This document shows positions 34,109-44,561 of a stretch of DNA of 64,000 nt, one piece after another. The notes beneath the pieces are model-generated. The model searched no databases. It saw only the letters and a program-made list of their open reading frames with translations, and had not been told where the DNA came from. The translations under genes and the position numbers were made by a program. How positions within the stretch are numbered: the stretch's first letter is position 1; every line of letters starts with the position of its first letter. Origin of the DNA: an uncultured Spirochaetota bacterium (GTDB taxonomy: Bacteria; Spirochaetota; B62-G9; CAZFGQ01); assembly GCA_964518675.1 (NCBI GenBank), contig CAZFGQ010000004.1, forward strand, positions 3,631 through 67,630. Direction: 5' to 3'.

Positions 34109-34615
34109 GTGGATGATGTAGCTCTTGAACAGCAGCAAGAGGAATTCACTGAAAAGCTGGTTAAATTAAACCGGGTAGCAAAGGTTGTAAAGGGAGGAAG
34201 AAGGTTCAGTTTTACAGCGCTGGTGGTTGTTGGTGATAAGAAAGGGCATGTCGGAATAGGTTATGGAAAGGCCAATGAGGTTTCTGATGCTATAAGAAAG
34301 GGAGTTGAAAAAGCGAAGAGAAACATAGTGAAAATAAATATAAAGAAGAATACCATTCCTCATGAGGTTATTGGTGAGTTCAAGAGTGCAAAGGTTATAA
34401 TGAAGCCCGCCTCTCCCGGTACTGGAATAATTGCAGGTGGGGCTGTAAGGGCAGTGGTTGAACAGGCTGGAATTAAAGATATTTTAACCAAATCACTCGG
34501 TTCTAATAACCCGATTAACCTTGTAAAGGCAACAATGGATGGATTGATGAAATTGATGGATATTAAGCATATAATGGAATTGAGAGGAAAAACATTTAAA
34601 GAAATACTGGGGTAG
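34109..34615 (+). CDS. rpsE: 30S ribosomal protein S5
   Basis: ...[42 protein letters not shown]... Confidence 0.95.
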   Translation: MDDVALEQQQEEFTEKLVKLNRVAKVVKGGRRFSFTALVVVGDKKGHVGIGYGKANEVSDAIRKGVEKAKRNIVKINIKKNTIPHEVIGEFKSAKVIMKPASPGTGIIAGGAVRAVVEQAGIKDILTKSLGSNNPINLVKATMDGLMKLMDIKHIMELRGKTFKEILG

Positions 34616-34621
34616 TTGTAT

Positions 34622-34831
34622 ATGGCCACACGGGAAATGACAAAAGAAGAAATGATAAAAATTACACTGATTAGAAGTCTTATTGGGCGACCTGAGAAGC
34701 ACAGAAGAATTGCGCGTGCTCTTGGACTGAGAAAGCTTAACTCCACAGTGGTTCATCGTGATACACCTTCGATAAGGGGTATGATATCAAAGATAAATCA
34801 TCTGGTAAAAACTGAGAGGTTAGAAAAATGA
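34622..34831 (+). CDS. rpmD: 50S ribosomal protein L30
   Basis: [65 protein letters not shown]. The track begins at a TTG at 34616; the ATG at 34622 is the more likely start. Confidence 0.88.
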   Translation: MATREMTKEEMIKITLIRSLIGRPEKHRRIARALGLRKLNSTVVHRDTPSIRGMISKINHLVKTERLEK

Positions 34832-35265
34832 TACTGAAACCACCTGTTGGTTCAAGAAAGAAGAGGAAAAGGGTTGGCCGTGGTACGGGCAGCGGTCATG
34901 GGTGTACATCCGGTAGAGGAAATAAGGGACAGAAAGCGCGCTCAGGGTTCAGTTTAAAGAGAGGTTTCGAAGGTGGCCAGATGCCTCTGGTGAGAAGAAT
35001 CCCAAAGAGGGGTTTTAATAACAAGAGGTTTGCCGAAGAATACCAGATTATAAATCTTTCTGATCTCAATAGATTTGAGGATGGTCAGAAAGTTGATTTT
35101 GAGACTCTCCGAAAGGCAGGCCTTGTGAGCAAGAAGATTAAAAAGGTGAAACTACTTGGTGATGGAAAACTAGAAAAAAAATTTGAGATTGTTGTAAATG
35201 CTGCTTCGCAAAAAGCTATGGAGGCTGTGGAAAAAGCTGGTGGAACCATTACCATCCAGCCATAA
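34828..35265 (+). CDS. rplO: 50S ribosomal protein L15
   Basis: ...[30 protein letters not shown]... is the L15 glycine-rich N-terminus. Confidence 0.94.
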   Translation: MILKPPVGSRKKRKRVGRGTGSGHGCTSGRGNKGQKARSGFSLKRGFEGGQMPLVRRIPKRGFNNKRFAEEYQIINLSDLNRFEDGQKVDFETLRKAGLVSKKIKKVKLLGDGKLEKKFEIVVNAASQKAMEAVEKAGGTITIQP

Positions 35266-35279
35266 TAAAATTAAAAGGT

Positions 35280-36608
35280 TTGATAATGGCGGAAAGAGGA
35301 AATATTGCACTTAATATTTTCAGGATACCTGAGTTAAGAAGAAGGGTATTTTTTACACTTCTGATGCTTGTGATTTTTAGAATAGGGGCATATATTCCGG
35401 TTCCTGGAATTGATGTTGTGGCTCTTGAACGACTTTTCCAGCAGACGGGAGGCGGATTGCTCGGTTTTCTCGATTTATTTGCGGGAGGAGCTTTGCGGCG
35501 TTTTACAATATTTTCTCTCGGCATCATGCCGTACATAACCTCCTCGATTATTCTTCAGCTTTTAACTGTTGTAATTCCTGCTCTTGAAAGGTTGTCTAAA
35601 GAGGGTGAAGTAGGTAGAAAGAAAATCCAACAGCTTACAAGAGTTGTTACAGTTGGAATATGTGCGGTTCAGTCATATGCTTTAACTGTTTTTATGAAAT
35701 CCAACCCGGGAGTTGTTGTAAATCCAGGTATTGGTTTTACAATAACGGCAATTGTGGGAATAACAGCTGGTACTATATTTTTGATGTGGATAGGTGAGCA
35801 GATAACTGAAAGAGGGATTGGTAATGGGATTTCCCTGCTTATATTTATTGGAATAGTTGCGAGAATTCCCGTTGCCTTTAAGCAGGTATACGATCATTTG
35901 AAGATCGGTGATCTTAATCCAGTTGTACTGATACTCTCGCTTGGTATATTTGTTGTAATAGTTGCATTTGTCATCCTTGAACAGCAGGGGCAGAGAAGAA
36001 TCCCGATCCAGCATGCTAAGAAGATTGTTGGCAGAAAGGTTTACTCAGCTCAGGCTACCTATATTCCATTGAAGATAAACCCATCTGGGGTAATTCCAAT
36101 AATTTTTGCATCTTCTGTTTTACTTTTTCCTGCTCAGATTGCACAATCGTTCGGTGCAAGGATACCTGCTTTTGATAAGCTGGCAGCACTTCTGGCTCCT
36201 GGTAGGGTACTTTACCTGGTGCTTTATGCTCTTTTGATTATCTTTTTTACATATTTTTATACCCAGATCCAGTTGAATCCAATTGATATTGCTGATAATC
36301 TTAAAAAGGTTGGAGGTTATATACCTGGTATAAGGCCTGGAGCCAATACTGCAGCGTATCTACAAAAAGTTTTGAACAGGATTGTTCTTCCGGGTTCAAT
36401 ATTTCTTGCAATGATAGCATTGATTCCTACTATCATACAGCGCTGGTTGAATCTCCCATCTGCAATGGCGTATCTTATGGGAGGAACATCACTGCTGATT
36501 ATGGTTGGAGTAGACCTTGATACGATGAAGCAGATAGAGTCTCATCTTTTGATGAGGCATTACGATGGTTTTATGAAAAGGGGAAAAATAAGGGGTAGGA
36601 ACCTATAG
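35280..36608 (+). CDS. secY: Preprotein translocase subunit SecY
   Basis: 442 aa polytopic membrane protein (GIMPYITSSIILQLL, GEQITERGIGNGISLLIF). Confidence 0.96.
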   Translation: MIMAERGNIALNIFRIPELRRRVFFTLLMLVIFRIGAYIPVPGIDVVALERLFQQTGGGLLGFLDLFAGGALRRFTIFSLGIMPYITSSIILQLLTVVIPALERLSKEGEVGRKKIQQLTRVVTVGICAVQSYALTVFMKSNPGVVVNPGIGFTITAIVGITAGTIFLMWIGEQITERGIGNGISLLIFIGIVARIPVAFKQVYDHLKIGDLNPVVLILSLGIFVVIVAFVILEQQGQRRIPIQHAKKIVGRKVYSAQATYIPLKINPSGVIPIIFASSVLLFPAQIAQSFGARIPAFDKLAALLAPGRVLYLVLYALLIIFFTYFYTQIQLNPIDIADNLKKVGGYIPGIRPGANTAAYLQKVLNRIVLPGSIFLAMIALIPTIIQRWLNLPSAMAYLMGGTSLLIMVGVDLDTMKQIESHLLMRHYDGFMKRGKIRGRNL

Positions 36609-36901
36609 CGGAAAGTTTTATAGAAGAGTTGTTGAACGTTGACAGCGTGTCAGCAAATGAGTAATTAAGTATAATTTTCCTATAACTTAAATGGCTTATT
36701 TGACTAATATCGATTAAAAGGTTATCTTTAGACAGGAAAATTTCTATCTTCTTCTAAGAAGTGTGGGAGTTTTAAGCTTTGCTGTAAGCAACTTTAAGTT
36801 AAATATTGAGTGTTTTATTAGTGATGTTAATTGTTAACTTAAAACCGGTGTGATAAAGCTATAATCTTTTAAATTAAATCTGGACGGGTGTTAAGCGAGC
36901 T

Positions 36902-37120
36902 ATGCCAAAGGAAGATGCCATTGTGGTAAATGGAATAGTTAAAGAACCCCTGCCAAACGCAATGTTCAGAGTTGAACTGGAAAACGGGCATATAGTACTT
37001 GCCCACATCTCAGGAAAAATGAGGATGCATAATATAAGAATTCTTCCGGGAGATAAAGTTAGCGTTGAGCTTTCTCCTTACGATTTGACGAGGGGAAGAA
37101 TAACATACAGGTATAAATAA
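36902..37120 (+). CDS. infA: Translation initiation factor IF-1
   Basis: 72 aa. [72 protein letters not shown]. Confidence 0.96.
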   Translation: MPKEDAIVVNGIVKEPLPNAMFRVELENGHIVLAHISGKMRMHNIRILPGDKVSVELSPYDLTRGRITYRYK

Positions 37121-37177
37121 TCATATTTGAGCATTGATTATAGAAATACAGCAAGAGGAGAAATACGGAGAAATACA

Positions 37178-37291
37178 ATGAAGGTAAGGGTTTCAGTCAA
37201 ACCAATTTGTGATAAATGCAGGGTAATAAGGAGAAAAGGGGTTGTAAGGATAATCTGTGAAAACCCAAAACATAAACAAAGGCAAAAATAA
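37178..37291 (+). CDS. rpmJ: 50S ribosomal protein L36
   Basis: 37-aa ORF not in the track: [37 protein letters not shown], with the L36 C-x2-C...C-x4-H signature. Confidence 0.9.
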   Translation: MKVRVSVKPICDKCRVIRRKGVVRIICENPKHKQRQK

Positions 37292-37311
37292 GAAAATAGA
37301 GGATTGAGAGA

Positions 37312-37680
37312 ATGGCAAGAATTGCAGGGGTGGATTTACCAAGCAATAAGAAAATTGGTATTGCACTCACGTATATTTATGGTATAGGCAGATCCACAGC
37401 CCAGAAAATTATTGAGGAATCGGGCATAGATTTCGATAAAAGGGTGAATACTCTGACGGATGAGGAAATAGCCAAGCTCAGGGGGATAATAGAAAAGGGT
37501 TACAAGATAGAAGGAGAGTTAAGAACAGAGGTTTCGATGAATATTAAGAGGCTAATCGATATTGGATGTTATAGAGGCATTAGGCATAAAAAAGGTTTGC
37601 CTGTAAGAGGACAGAGAACCAGAACAAATGCCCGTACACGTAAGGGTAAGAGGAAAACTGTGGCCGGCAAGAAGAAATAA
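37312..37680 (+). CDS. rpsM: 30S ribosomal protein S13
   Basis: [34 protein letters not shown]... Confidence 0.96.
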   Translation: MARIAGVDLPSNKKIGIALTYIYGIGRSTAQKIIEESGIDFDKRVNTLTDEEIAKLRGIIEKGYKIEGELRTEVSMNIKRLIDIGCYRGIRHKKGLPVRGQRTRTNARTRKGKRKTVAGKKK

Positions 37681-37711
37681 TAAAAAATAATAAATAAACT
37701 GGGGGATTGAG

Positions 37712-38104
37712 TTGGCAAAGGCAAAGAAGACTAAAACTAAAAAAAAGGAAAAGAAAAATATAGCAAGTGGGGTAGCCCATATTCAGGCTACATTTAACAA
37801 TACAATAGTTACAATAACCGACAAGCAGGGTAACACAATTTGCTGGTCATCGGCTGGAAGCATGGATTTTAAAGGTGCAAAGAAAAGTACCCCTTTTGCA
37901 GCACAGATAACGGCGGAGAATGCTGCGAAAAAGGCAATTGATCAGGGTGTAAGAGAGGTGGATGTTTATGTAAAAGGACCGGGAAGTGGGCGAGAATCGG
38001 CAATTAGGGCACTACAGGTTGCTGGTTTGAAGATAAATATGATCAAGGATGTTACTCCGATACCTCACAATGGTTGTCGCCCCAGAAAAAAGAGAAGAGT
38101 TTAA
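37712..38104 (+). CDS. rpsK: 30S ribosomal protein S11
   Basis: ...[30 protein letters not shown]... is canonical S11. Confidence 0.96.
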   Translation: MAKAKKTKTKKKEKKNIASGVAHIQATFNNTIVTITDKQGNTICWSSAGSMDFKGAKKSTPFAAQITAENAAKKAIDQGVREVDVYVKGPGSGRESAIRALQVAGLKINMIKDVTPIPHNGCRPRKKRRV

Positions 38105-38161
38105 ATCATATCAAATCTATATTTATAAAGAAATTTTACACAAGTTGATCTGGAGGATTTA

Positions 38162-38788
38162 ATGGGTAGATATTTAGGGCCGGTATGCAGGCTTTGTAGG
38201 AGAGAAGGAATTAAATTGATGTTGAAGGGCGAGAGATGTCTCTCAGGCAAATGTCCAATTACCAAGAGGAGACTTCCGCCTGGTCAGATGCCCAAAAGAA
38301 GGACGAAACCTTCTGAATATGGAATCCAGTTGAGGGAAAAGCAGAAGGTGAAGAGATACTACGGGATTCTGGAGCGACAGTTCAAGAGATACTTTGAGAT
38401 TGCATCAAAGAAAAAAGGTATTACCGGTGAGTTGCTCCTCACGATGCTGGAACAGAGACTTGATAATGTGGTATACAGAATGCATTTTGCTGCTTCGAGA
38501 AGAATGGCCCGTCAACTGGTAAGACATGGCCATATACTGGTAAATGGTAGGAAGGTGGATATTCCGTCCTATCTGGTGAAGGAAGGTGATGAAATAGAGG
38601 TGAAAGAAAAGAGTAAGAAGATGCTTCCCGTGCTTGAAAGTCTGAAGAATATTTCCCATGTTGGAACTGTGCCCTGGGTTGAGGTTGATCCAGACAATGT
38701 GAAAGGGAAGTTTTTGTATTTACCTAAGAGAGAAGAAATAGACCTACCAGTTAATGAACAGTTAATTGTAGAGTTTTATTCTAAATAA
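38162..38788 (+). CDS. rpsD: 30S ribosomal protein S4
   Basis: [26 protein letters not shown]... zinc-finger N-terminus and an S4 RNA-binding domain. Confidence 0.96.
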   Translation: MGRYLGPVCRLCRREGIKLMLKGERCLSGKCPITKRRLPPGQMPKRRTKPSEYGIQLREKQKVKRYYGILERQFKRYFEIASKKKGITGELLLTMLEQRLDNVVYRMHFAASRRMARQLVRHGHILVNGRKVDIPSYLVKEGDEIEVKEKSKKMLPVLESLKNISHVGTVPWVEVDPDNVKGKFLYLPKREEIDLPVNEQLIVEFYSK

Positions 38789-38806
38789 TTCAGGAGAAAT
38801 ATCGGT

Positions 38807-39850
38807 ATGGCACATAAGAATCTCCTAAAAGGGATGAAGAGACCAAAGTCTCTGGTTATAGAGCATGATAAAACAGATAACACTTTTGGCAGGATTATTG
38901 CGGCCCCCCTTGAGAGGGGGTATGGGGTTACACTTGGGAACTCGTTGAGAAGGGTTTTACTATCAGCCCTTCAGGGTTATGCCATTGTTGCGATTCGAAT
39001 AGAAGCGTTTGATCCGGATGAGGGGAGCAGAAGGTTAATCACTAATGAGTTTGATAACATACCTGGAATGGTTGAGGATACGATCGATTTTATCATTAAC
39101 CTTAAGAATGTCCGTTTAAAGCTGGTTGATGAGTCGGAAAGCAGAACAATTACCATCAATAAAAAAGGACCTGGAGAATTTAAGGCGGGTGATCTAGAAG
39201 TTGATTCAAATATTAAGGTTTTTAACCCGGATTTAAGGCTTGCAACTCTCAGCGAAGGATGTGATTTTACAATAGATTTGCAGATAAACAGAGGACGGGG
39301 ATACCTGCCAGCTGAGGAAAATATTGAAAACATCGAAACAATAGGTACTATTCCTATAGATGCTATATTTACTCCAATTAAAAAGTGCAATTTTAAAGTT
39401 GAAAAAACAAGAGTTGGGCAGAAAGGCGACTATGATAAACTTATTCTTGAAGTGTGGACTGATGGGAGCATTTTGCCTGAAGATGCTGTAGCTGATGCTG
39501 CAAAGATTCTAAAGGATTATCTTTTGCATTTTATCAATTTCAATGAGGAATTTGAAAGCGAAGAAGAAACTGTTGACGAAGAACTGGAGAAACTAAAAGC
39601 TATCCTGGCAACACCCGTGGATGAACTTGAACTTTCTGTAAGATCGAGTAACTGTTTGAGAAATATAAATGTGAAGACGATAGGTGATCTAGCCATGTTG
39701 ACCGAGGAAGAAATATCCAAAACTAAAAACTTTGGTAAAAAGTCTCTCCAGGAAATTAAAGACAAACTTGCTGAGTATGGATTGAGTTTAGGAATGAAAG
39801 AATATATACAGCAAAGACTCGCTGGAAAACAGGTGGAGAAACAGAAATGA
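38807..39850 (+). CDS. rpoA: DNA-directed RNA polymerase subunit alpha
   Basis: 347 aa. [26 protein letters not shown]; [26 protein letters not shown]. Confidence 0.95.
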   Translation: MAHKNLLKGMKRPKSLVIEHDKTDNTFGRIIAAPLERGYGVTLGNSLRRVLLSALQGYAIVAIRIEAFDPDEGSRRLITNEFDNIPGMVEDTIDFIINLKNVRLKLVDESESRTITINKKGPGEFKAGDLEVDSNIKVFNPDLRLATLSEGCDFTIDLQINRGRGYLPAEENIENIETIGTIPIDAIFTPIKKCNFKVEKTRVGQKGDYDKLILEVWTDGSILPEDAVADAAKILKDYLLHFINFNEEFESEEETVDEELEKLKAILATPVDELELSVRSSNCLRNINVKTIGDLAMLTEEEISKTKNFGKKSLQEIKDKLAEYGLSLGMKEYIQQRLAGKQVEKQK

Positions 39851-40212
39851 GACATCTGAAAAAGGGAAGAAAACTTAACAGAACTGCAGCTCATAGAAGA
39901 GCAATGTTTGCAAATATGGCTGCATCACTATTCAAACATGAGAGAATTCAAACCACTCTGGCAAAGGCAAAAGAGCTTCGAAGCTTCTGTGAAAAACTAA
40001 TAACCCGTGCTAAGGAAAATACCCTTCATAATAAAAGAATTGTACTTGCCAGAATCAGGGATATGGACGCAGTAGTGAAGCTCTTTGATGAGATAGCTCC
40101 AAGGTATAAGGATGTCCCTGGTGGATACACGAGGATAATAAGGGTAAAACAGAGACACGGAGATGGAGCCAAAATGGCGATCATAGAGCTTGTTCAAAAG
40201 GAAAGTACATAA
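39847..40212 (+). CDS. rplQ: 50S ribosomal protein L17
   Basis: [45 protein letters not shown]... Confidence 0.95.
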   Translation: MRHLKKGRKLNRTAAHRRAMFANMAASLFKHERIQTTLAKAKELRSFCEKLITRAKENTLHNKRIVLARIRDMDAVVKLFDEIAPRYKDVPGGYTRIIRVKQRHGDGAKMAIIELVQKEST

Positions 40213-40402
40213 TTTGTTATTCCATCAATAAGATGTTAGATATTTGGTAAATATAGAAACCTGTTTCCTGCACTTTTAAGAAAAAAATCATGAGAACCCA
40301 CAGGTAATCCTAAAATTTGGGAGCTTTGATTTTTTTATCAACATCAAAATACTTTTAGATGTTTGATGCATCGGGGTTTGTAATTTTAAAAACTTAAATT
40401 TA

Positions 40403-41125
40403 ATGGCTGATAATAATTCAAATAGAAAAGGCAGCTATTTTTTCCAGTTATCACCTTTTCCCCTCTATATTAACACTCTTCATTTTACAGTCCTTGCACT
40501 ATTATCACGATATTTTTTAACACTTTTGCTTCAGTGTATTTTTATACTGATTCTATATATTTTGTTCTCGAAACGTATGAGGCCAGTGAAATTGAAGACT
40601 CTTTTTTCTCTGATTCCCATTCTTTTTTTTATAATTTCTGTAAATTCATTCAGAGGTGGTGGAGAAATAATTTTTGAGATATGGCATTTTAGTGTAATAA
40701 AACAGGGGATTTACAGGGGTTTGTATTTTTCAGGTGTGGTAGTACTGTTATATCTTATGAGCAGGCTGTTGGTTATAATGTTTGACGAAAATGAAATTGT
40801 CTCTTCTGTTATTTTTTTTAGAAATAGAAAAAAGAACGGCAAGTCTGGCGGGATGAGGCTTTTATTAATAATCATGTATGTGATCAAAATATTGAAGTTT
40901 GCATATGAAGAGATGAAGGTGTTTTTCAAAAAAAATGAAGGCCCTGTTAAAAAAAGATTTCTTGAGTTCTTTGTAAATGTTTTTTTCAGGGCTGAATCGG
41001 AGTACAAACATTTAGAGGATATTTGTTTTGTGAGTATAAAGTCGAGGATTGGTGATCCTGTATTAATTCTTGTCCAGGTAGCTATAACGATTTCTGTCAT
41101 GAAATTGAGATTGTGGGGTGTATAG
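40403..41125 (+). CDS. Hypothetical polytopic membrane protein (possibly distantly ECF-transporter T-like); stop abuts the next gene's start
   Basis: 240 aa, about five predicted hydrophobic helices and a K/R-rich C-terminal region. No motif I can assign. Follows rplQ where Firmicutes carry ecfA-ecfA-ecfT, but no ATPase is present here. Confidence 0.45.
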   Translation: MADNNSNRKGSYFFQLSPFPLYINTLHFTVLALLSRYFLTLLLQCIFILILYILFSKRMRPVKLKTLFSLIPILFFIISVNSFRGGGEIIFEIWHFSVIKQGIYRGLYFSGVVVLLYLMSRLLVIMFDENEIVSSVIFFRNRKKNGKSGGMRLLLIIMYVIKILKFAYEEMKVFFKKNEGPVKKRFLEFFVNVFFRAESEYKHLEDICFVSIKSRIGDPVLILVQVAITISVMKLRLWGV

Positions 41126-42751
41126 GTGCTTGAAAAAGAATATCCAAGACTGGTACGGAAAGGACTCGAGGAGGGACTTAGATTCTGGGGGCTTGATGTT
41201 GATACCGATAAGGATACCCTTATATCGTTCATCAGTAATATAAATAACATACTAAAAGGTATATCAAAGCTGGAGGAGGGAGAAAATAGGGTACTAACAT
41301 TCCTTTTAATGAAGAATGGAAAGGCAGAGAAAGATGATTTGAGAAGCATTATCCAGAGTGAAAAAGAGCTTGAGAAGGCTATCACCGGGCTTGAGAAAAA
41401 GTTTTTTATTTATGTCAGGAAAGATAGAAGCACTCTTACCGACAGGCATGATAAACTATACGTTTACCCTGTTATACTTTCGAAACTTACAGAGATTCCC
41501 GTTATTGAAGAAGATAAATTCGGACCTTTTCTGGACAAATATTATGAGCCCCTGTATAAATCATGTAATGTTCCCCGGGCTGTTATTGAAAGCCTGAGAT
41601 ATGGAGGGATCATTTTTGGAGGTGATGTTATTGCAGGGTCCAGTGACTTGAAAAAAACTCCTGACATTTCCGGGTTTTCAACCTATCTCTTGTACTTGCG
41701 CGGTTGTTTTTATCCATTTTACCTTCCGCCAATAACAGAACTGGAATCAGAGCAGGATATCAGAGAGGGAAGCTTCCAAAGAGGTTTCATATTTTCTGAT
41801 TATATAATCAAAGTAATATTGATATGTGATATTTTTCATCACTTCCCGAAAATTAGAAAAGCCGGGATAAAGAAAAGGATGGGGTCTCTGGGATTTAGCA
41901 TTTCTGATGGTGAATATGCTAGTATTCTGGATGACCTGAATATGTCTGGCGTTATTGATGTTTCAGAGAGAAGGGTTAATGTCAGTACGATGTTTCTTTA
42001 TGGAAACTATAGTGAGAAAATAAGGTACTTTGAATCAATACTTGGTGAAGACGAGAGAAACGTTATTGAAGAAGTCAGAAAGAGATCACCTTTAAGGGTT
42101 GATATTCTTACGTCGATTCTTGTTCGAAATTTAAGATTAAAGGAAAGGCGTTTTTCACTAACTGATGAGATTGCCGCTAAGATATACAAAAATTATTCAG
42201 ACAAACTTGAGAGGATTATTACTCTTGGTTTTATCGAACGGGATTTCAGCAGAACTTTTCTCAGAGCTTCTGAGTTGGAGTGCAGGATTCCGGAGAAAAA
42301 ATTTTTACAGATAAATGCAGACGGGGAAATTTTTGTTTATACGGAACTTATGAACGGATATGTATACTACTTACTATGTGGATTCGCCCGTCTTATATCT
42401 GTAGAGAAGATTCTAAAATTTAAACTTGATAAGGATTCGGTTATCAGAGGAGTAGTTTTATTTGCGTCAGCTGATGAGTTTATAGATATGATTAAAAATT
42501 GTTCAATTGGGAAACCAGAACCTTATGTTGTAGAAACTATTAAGGCATGGGCATGTGAAGGGTCGAAGATTAAAATTGGTCAAAGGTATGTTCTAAGAAT
42601 CGATGAGAGATTAAAACTGAAAATTATGGGGAGTGACAAACTCAGGGGAATGGTTGAACTTGTTTCTGGTGATTACATAGTTTTTAAGGAAGATACCGAT
42701 GTGGAACGATTAAAGGGTTACCTGCGTGATGAAAACATCTTTATCGATTGA
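41126..42751 (+). CDS. Hypothetical cytoplasmic protein, 541 aa, no recognisable domain
   Basis: GTG start immediately after the stop of the preceding ORF. Long uninterrupted ORF with no Walker or other motif I can name. Confidence 0.5.
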   Translation: MLEKEYPRLVRKGLEEGLRFWGLDVDTDKDTLISFISNINNILKGISKLEEGENRVLTFLLMKNGKAEKDDLRSIIQSEKELEKAITGLEKKFFIYVRKDRSTLTDRHDKLYVYPVILSKLTEIPVIEEDKFGPFLDKYYEPLYKSCNVPRAVIESLRYGGIIFGGDVIAGSSDLKKTPDISGFSTYLLYLRGCFYPFYLPPITELESEQDIREGSFQRGFIFSDYIIKVILICDIFHHFPKIRKAGIKKRMGSLGFSISDGEYASILDDLNMSGVIDVSERRVNVSTMFLYGNYSEKIRYFESILGEDERNVIEEVRKRSPLRVDILTSILVRNLRLKERRFSLTDEIAAKIYKNYSDKLERIITLGFIERDFSRTFLRASELECRIPEKKFLQINADGEIFVYTELMNGYVYYLLCGFARLISVEKILKFKLDKDSVIRGVVLFASADEFIDMIKNCSIGKPEPYVVETIKAWACEGSKIKIGQRYVLRIDERLKLKIMGSDKLRGMVELVSGDYIVFKEDTDVERLKGYLRDENIFID

Positions 42752-42770
42752 AAGGTACGATAGTTATTGG

Positions 42771-43775
42771 TTACTTCCAGAATCCTTCCGTGTATAGGGA
42801 TTTTCTCTCTCCCCCTTCGTCGTAAATTATGAGTCCTTCTATATCATTTGTCTTTAGAAAATCATACCCCTTTTTGCTTCCCATTACAAAAACAGCTGTT
42901 GCTATTGCATCACCAAATGCGGTATCTTCAGTCAGGACTGTAACACTCTTTATATCACTATCAGGGTACCCGGTTTTTGGATTAAAGAGATGAGTATATC
43001 TTTTGCCATCTTTTATGAAGTATCTCTCATAATTTCCTGAAGTTACTATTGCAATATTGCTTTTCTCGAGTATCCCGGCAAACTTGTTTTTGGAATCTGG
43101 ATCCTGAATGGCTATTCTCCACTTCTGCCCGTTTTTATTATGACCAGCAACATACATATCCCCACCGGCATTGATGAGAAAGTTTTTGAAACCTTCCTCG
43201 AACAGTTTGTCTCTCAAGATATCCACAATCTTCCCCTTTGCAATGCCACTGAGGTCTATCCTGATATTTTCCGGTTTATTGATTATATGGTTGGTTATCT
43301 TTAGTTTCTGGTATCCTGTGTTTTTCAGGATTTTTCTTATTTCCTCTGGATCTGGAAGGTGCGGTGATTCAGTTTCAAAGCCCCATAGTTCAGTAAGTGG
43401 GAGAAGCGTTGGGTCGAAATACCCATCGGTGATATTTGCTATTCTTATTGATTCAACGATTAAATCAAAAAGTTGTTCTGATCCTTTCCTTTCCAGTGTT
43501 GTTGATTTATTGAATTTATGCAGGTTTCCGTTAGATGGCCGGTAATCAAATATTTTTTCGTATTTACTGAGTAATCCAAATAAGGATTCCAGGGTTTTTT
43601 CAGCTTTTTTTGTTTCAGTTTTGGGGACAACGATATTTATCTGAACGTAGGTGCCAAGACCGAAATCTGTTTTTTCAATAGAGACATTTTTAGGTTTACA
43701 ACCAAAGAGTATTATGAGAGTTAAAATAACTGTACATGGTAGGGTGATCAGGGATTTCCATTTCGAAAAAACCAT
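42771..43775 (-). CDS. apbE: FAD:protein FMN transferase (ApbE family) lipoprotein
   Basis: Lipobox (LILFGC). ApbE signatures: LSGIAKGKIVD, FLINAGGDMY, AIVTSGNYERYF, HLFNPKTGYP. Confidence 0.88.
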   Translation of the reverse strand: MVFSKWKSLITLPCTVILTLIILFGCKPKNVSIEKTDFGLGTYVQINIVVPKTETKKAEKTLESLFGLLSKYEKIFDYRPSNGNLHKFNKSTTLERKGSEQLFDLIVESIRIANITDGYFDPTLLPLTELWGFETESPHLPDPEEIRKILKNTGYQKLKITNHIINKPENIRIDLSGIAKGKIVDILRDKLFEEGFKNFLINAGGDMYVAGHNKNGQKWRIAIQDPDSKNKFAGILEKSNIAIVTSGNYERYFIKDGKRYTHLFNPKTGYPDSDIKSVTVLTEDTAFGDAIATAVFVMGSKKGYDFLKTNDIEGLIIYDEGGERKSLYTEGFWK

Positions 43776-44524
43776 TTATCTATCAGTTCCTCCAGCTTTC
43801 CATTTTTTTTGAGTTTTTCAATTCCTGAGTTTATATGTCTTGATACCTGAAGTTTGCCTTTTTTAAATGCCATTACATACTCTGTGGTTGTTAGTGGCTT
43901 GGGATATATCCACAGGAGATTTTCATATTCGGGATTGTAATATGCCATTTGCGCTGCTTCTATCAGATCGGTACAGAATCCATCTATATTACCTTTTATT
44001 ATATCCTCAAATCCATTTTTAGATGACTTGTATTCTATTATCTTTATGCCTTTAATATTTTCAAAGTTTGCTTTAGCCCTTGAACCTTTTAGTAATCCAA
44101 TAGCTTTTCCTGATAATTGTTCAAATGAGGTTATCCCTCTATTTTCCTCCGAGAGTACAAGTACCTCATTTATTGTGAGGTAAGGTATTGAAATCTGGAT
44201 ATTTCGATTTTCGGATACTTCTCTGTCATTTGACTTTAATCCACCTATGGCTATGTCATAGGTTTCATCTATAAGTCCGTAGATGAGATTTTCTCTAAGC
44301 ACAGGAATAATTTTAATATTGAGTTTTTCAATACTGGCGATCTCTTTTATCAGCTCTATTTCAAACCCTACCAACTTTTGTTTTTCGTTGATCATTGAAA
44401 GAGGTGGGGTATCAGGTGCAGAGGCTACTATGTACTTTTCCTTTTTTTTGAATAATGTGCATGTAGATGCGAGTAATACTATAACTAATATCAGCAGAAT
44501 AATTAGAGATAATTTTTTCATCAT
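43748..44524 (-). CDS. Family-3 (amino-acid type) ABC transporter substrate-binding lipoprotein
   Basis: Lipoprotein signal (LLASTC). PBP type-2 fold pattern (GFEIELIKEIA..., ...GFCTDLIEAAQMAYYNPE...). Confidence 0.75.
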   Translation of the reverse strand: MMKKLSLIILLILVIVLLASTCTLFKKKEKYIVASAPDTPPLSMINEKQKLVGFEIELIKEIASIEKLNIKIIPVLRENLIYGLIDETYDIAIGGLKSNDREVSENRNIQISIPYLTINEVLVLSEENRGITSFEQLSGKAIGLLKGSRAKANFENIKGIKIIEYKSSKNGFEDIIKGNIDGFCTDLIEAAQMAYYNPEYENLLWIYPKPLTTTEYVMAFKKGKLQVSRHINSGIEKLKKNGKLEELIDKWFFRNGNP

Positions 44525-44561
44525 TTGTTTTACCTGAGCTGATTAGATAAGTTATACTATT

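Noticed and set aside
40711-41385. 224-aa minus-strand ORF
   Set aside because: Antisense to the coupled pair of hypothetical plus-strand genes, which have stronger coding features (overlapping start/stop, TM periodicity).
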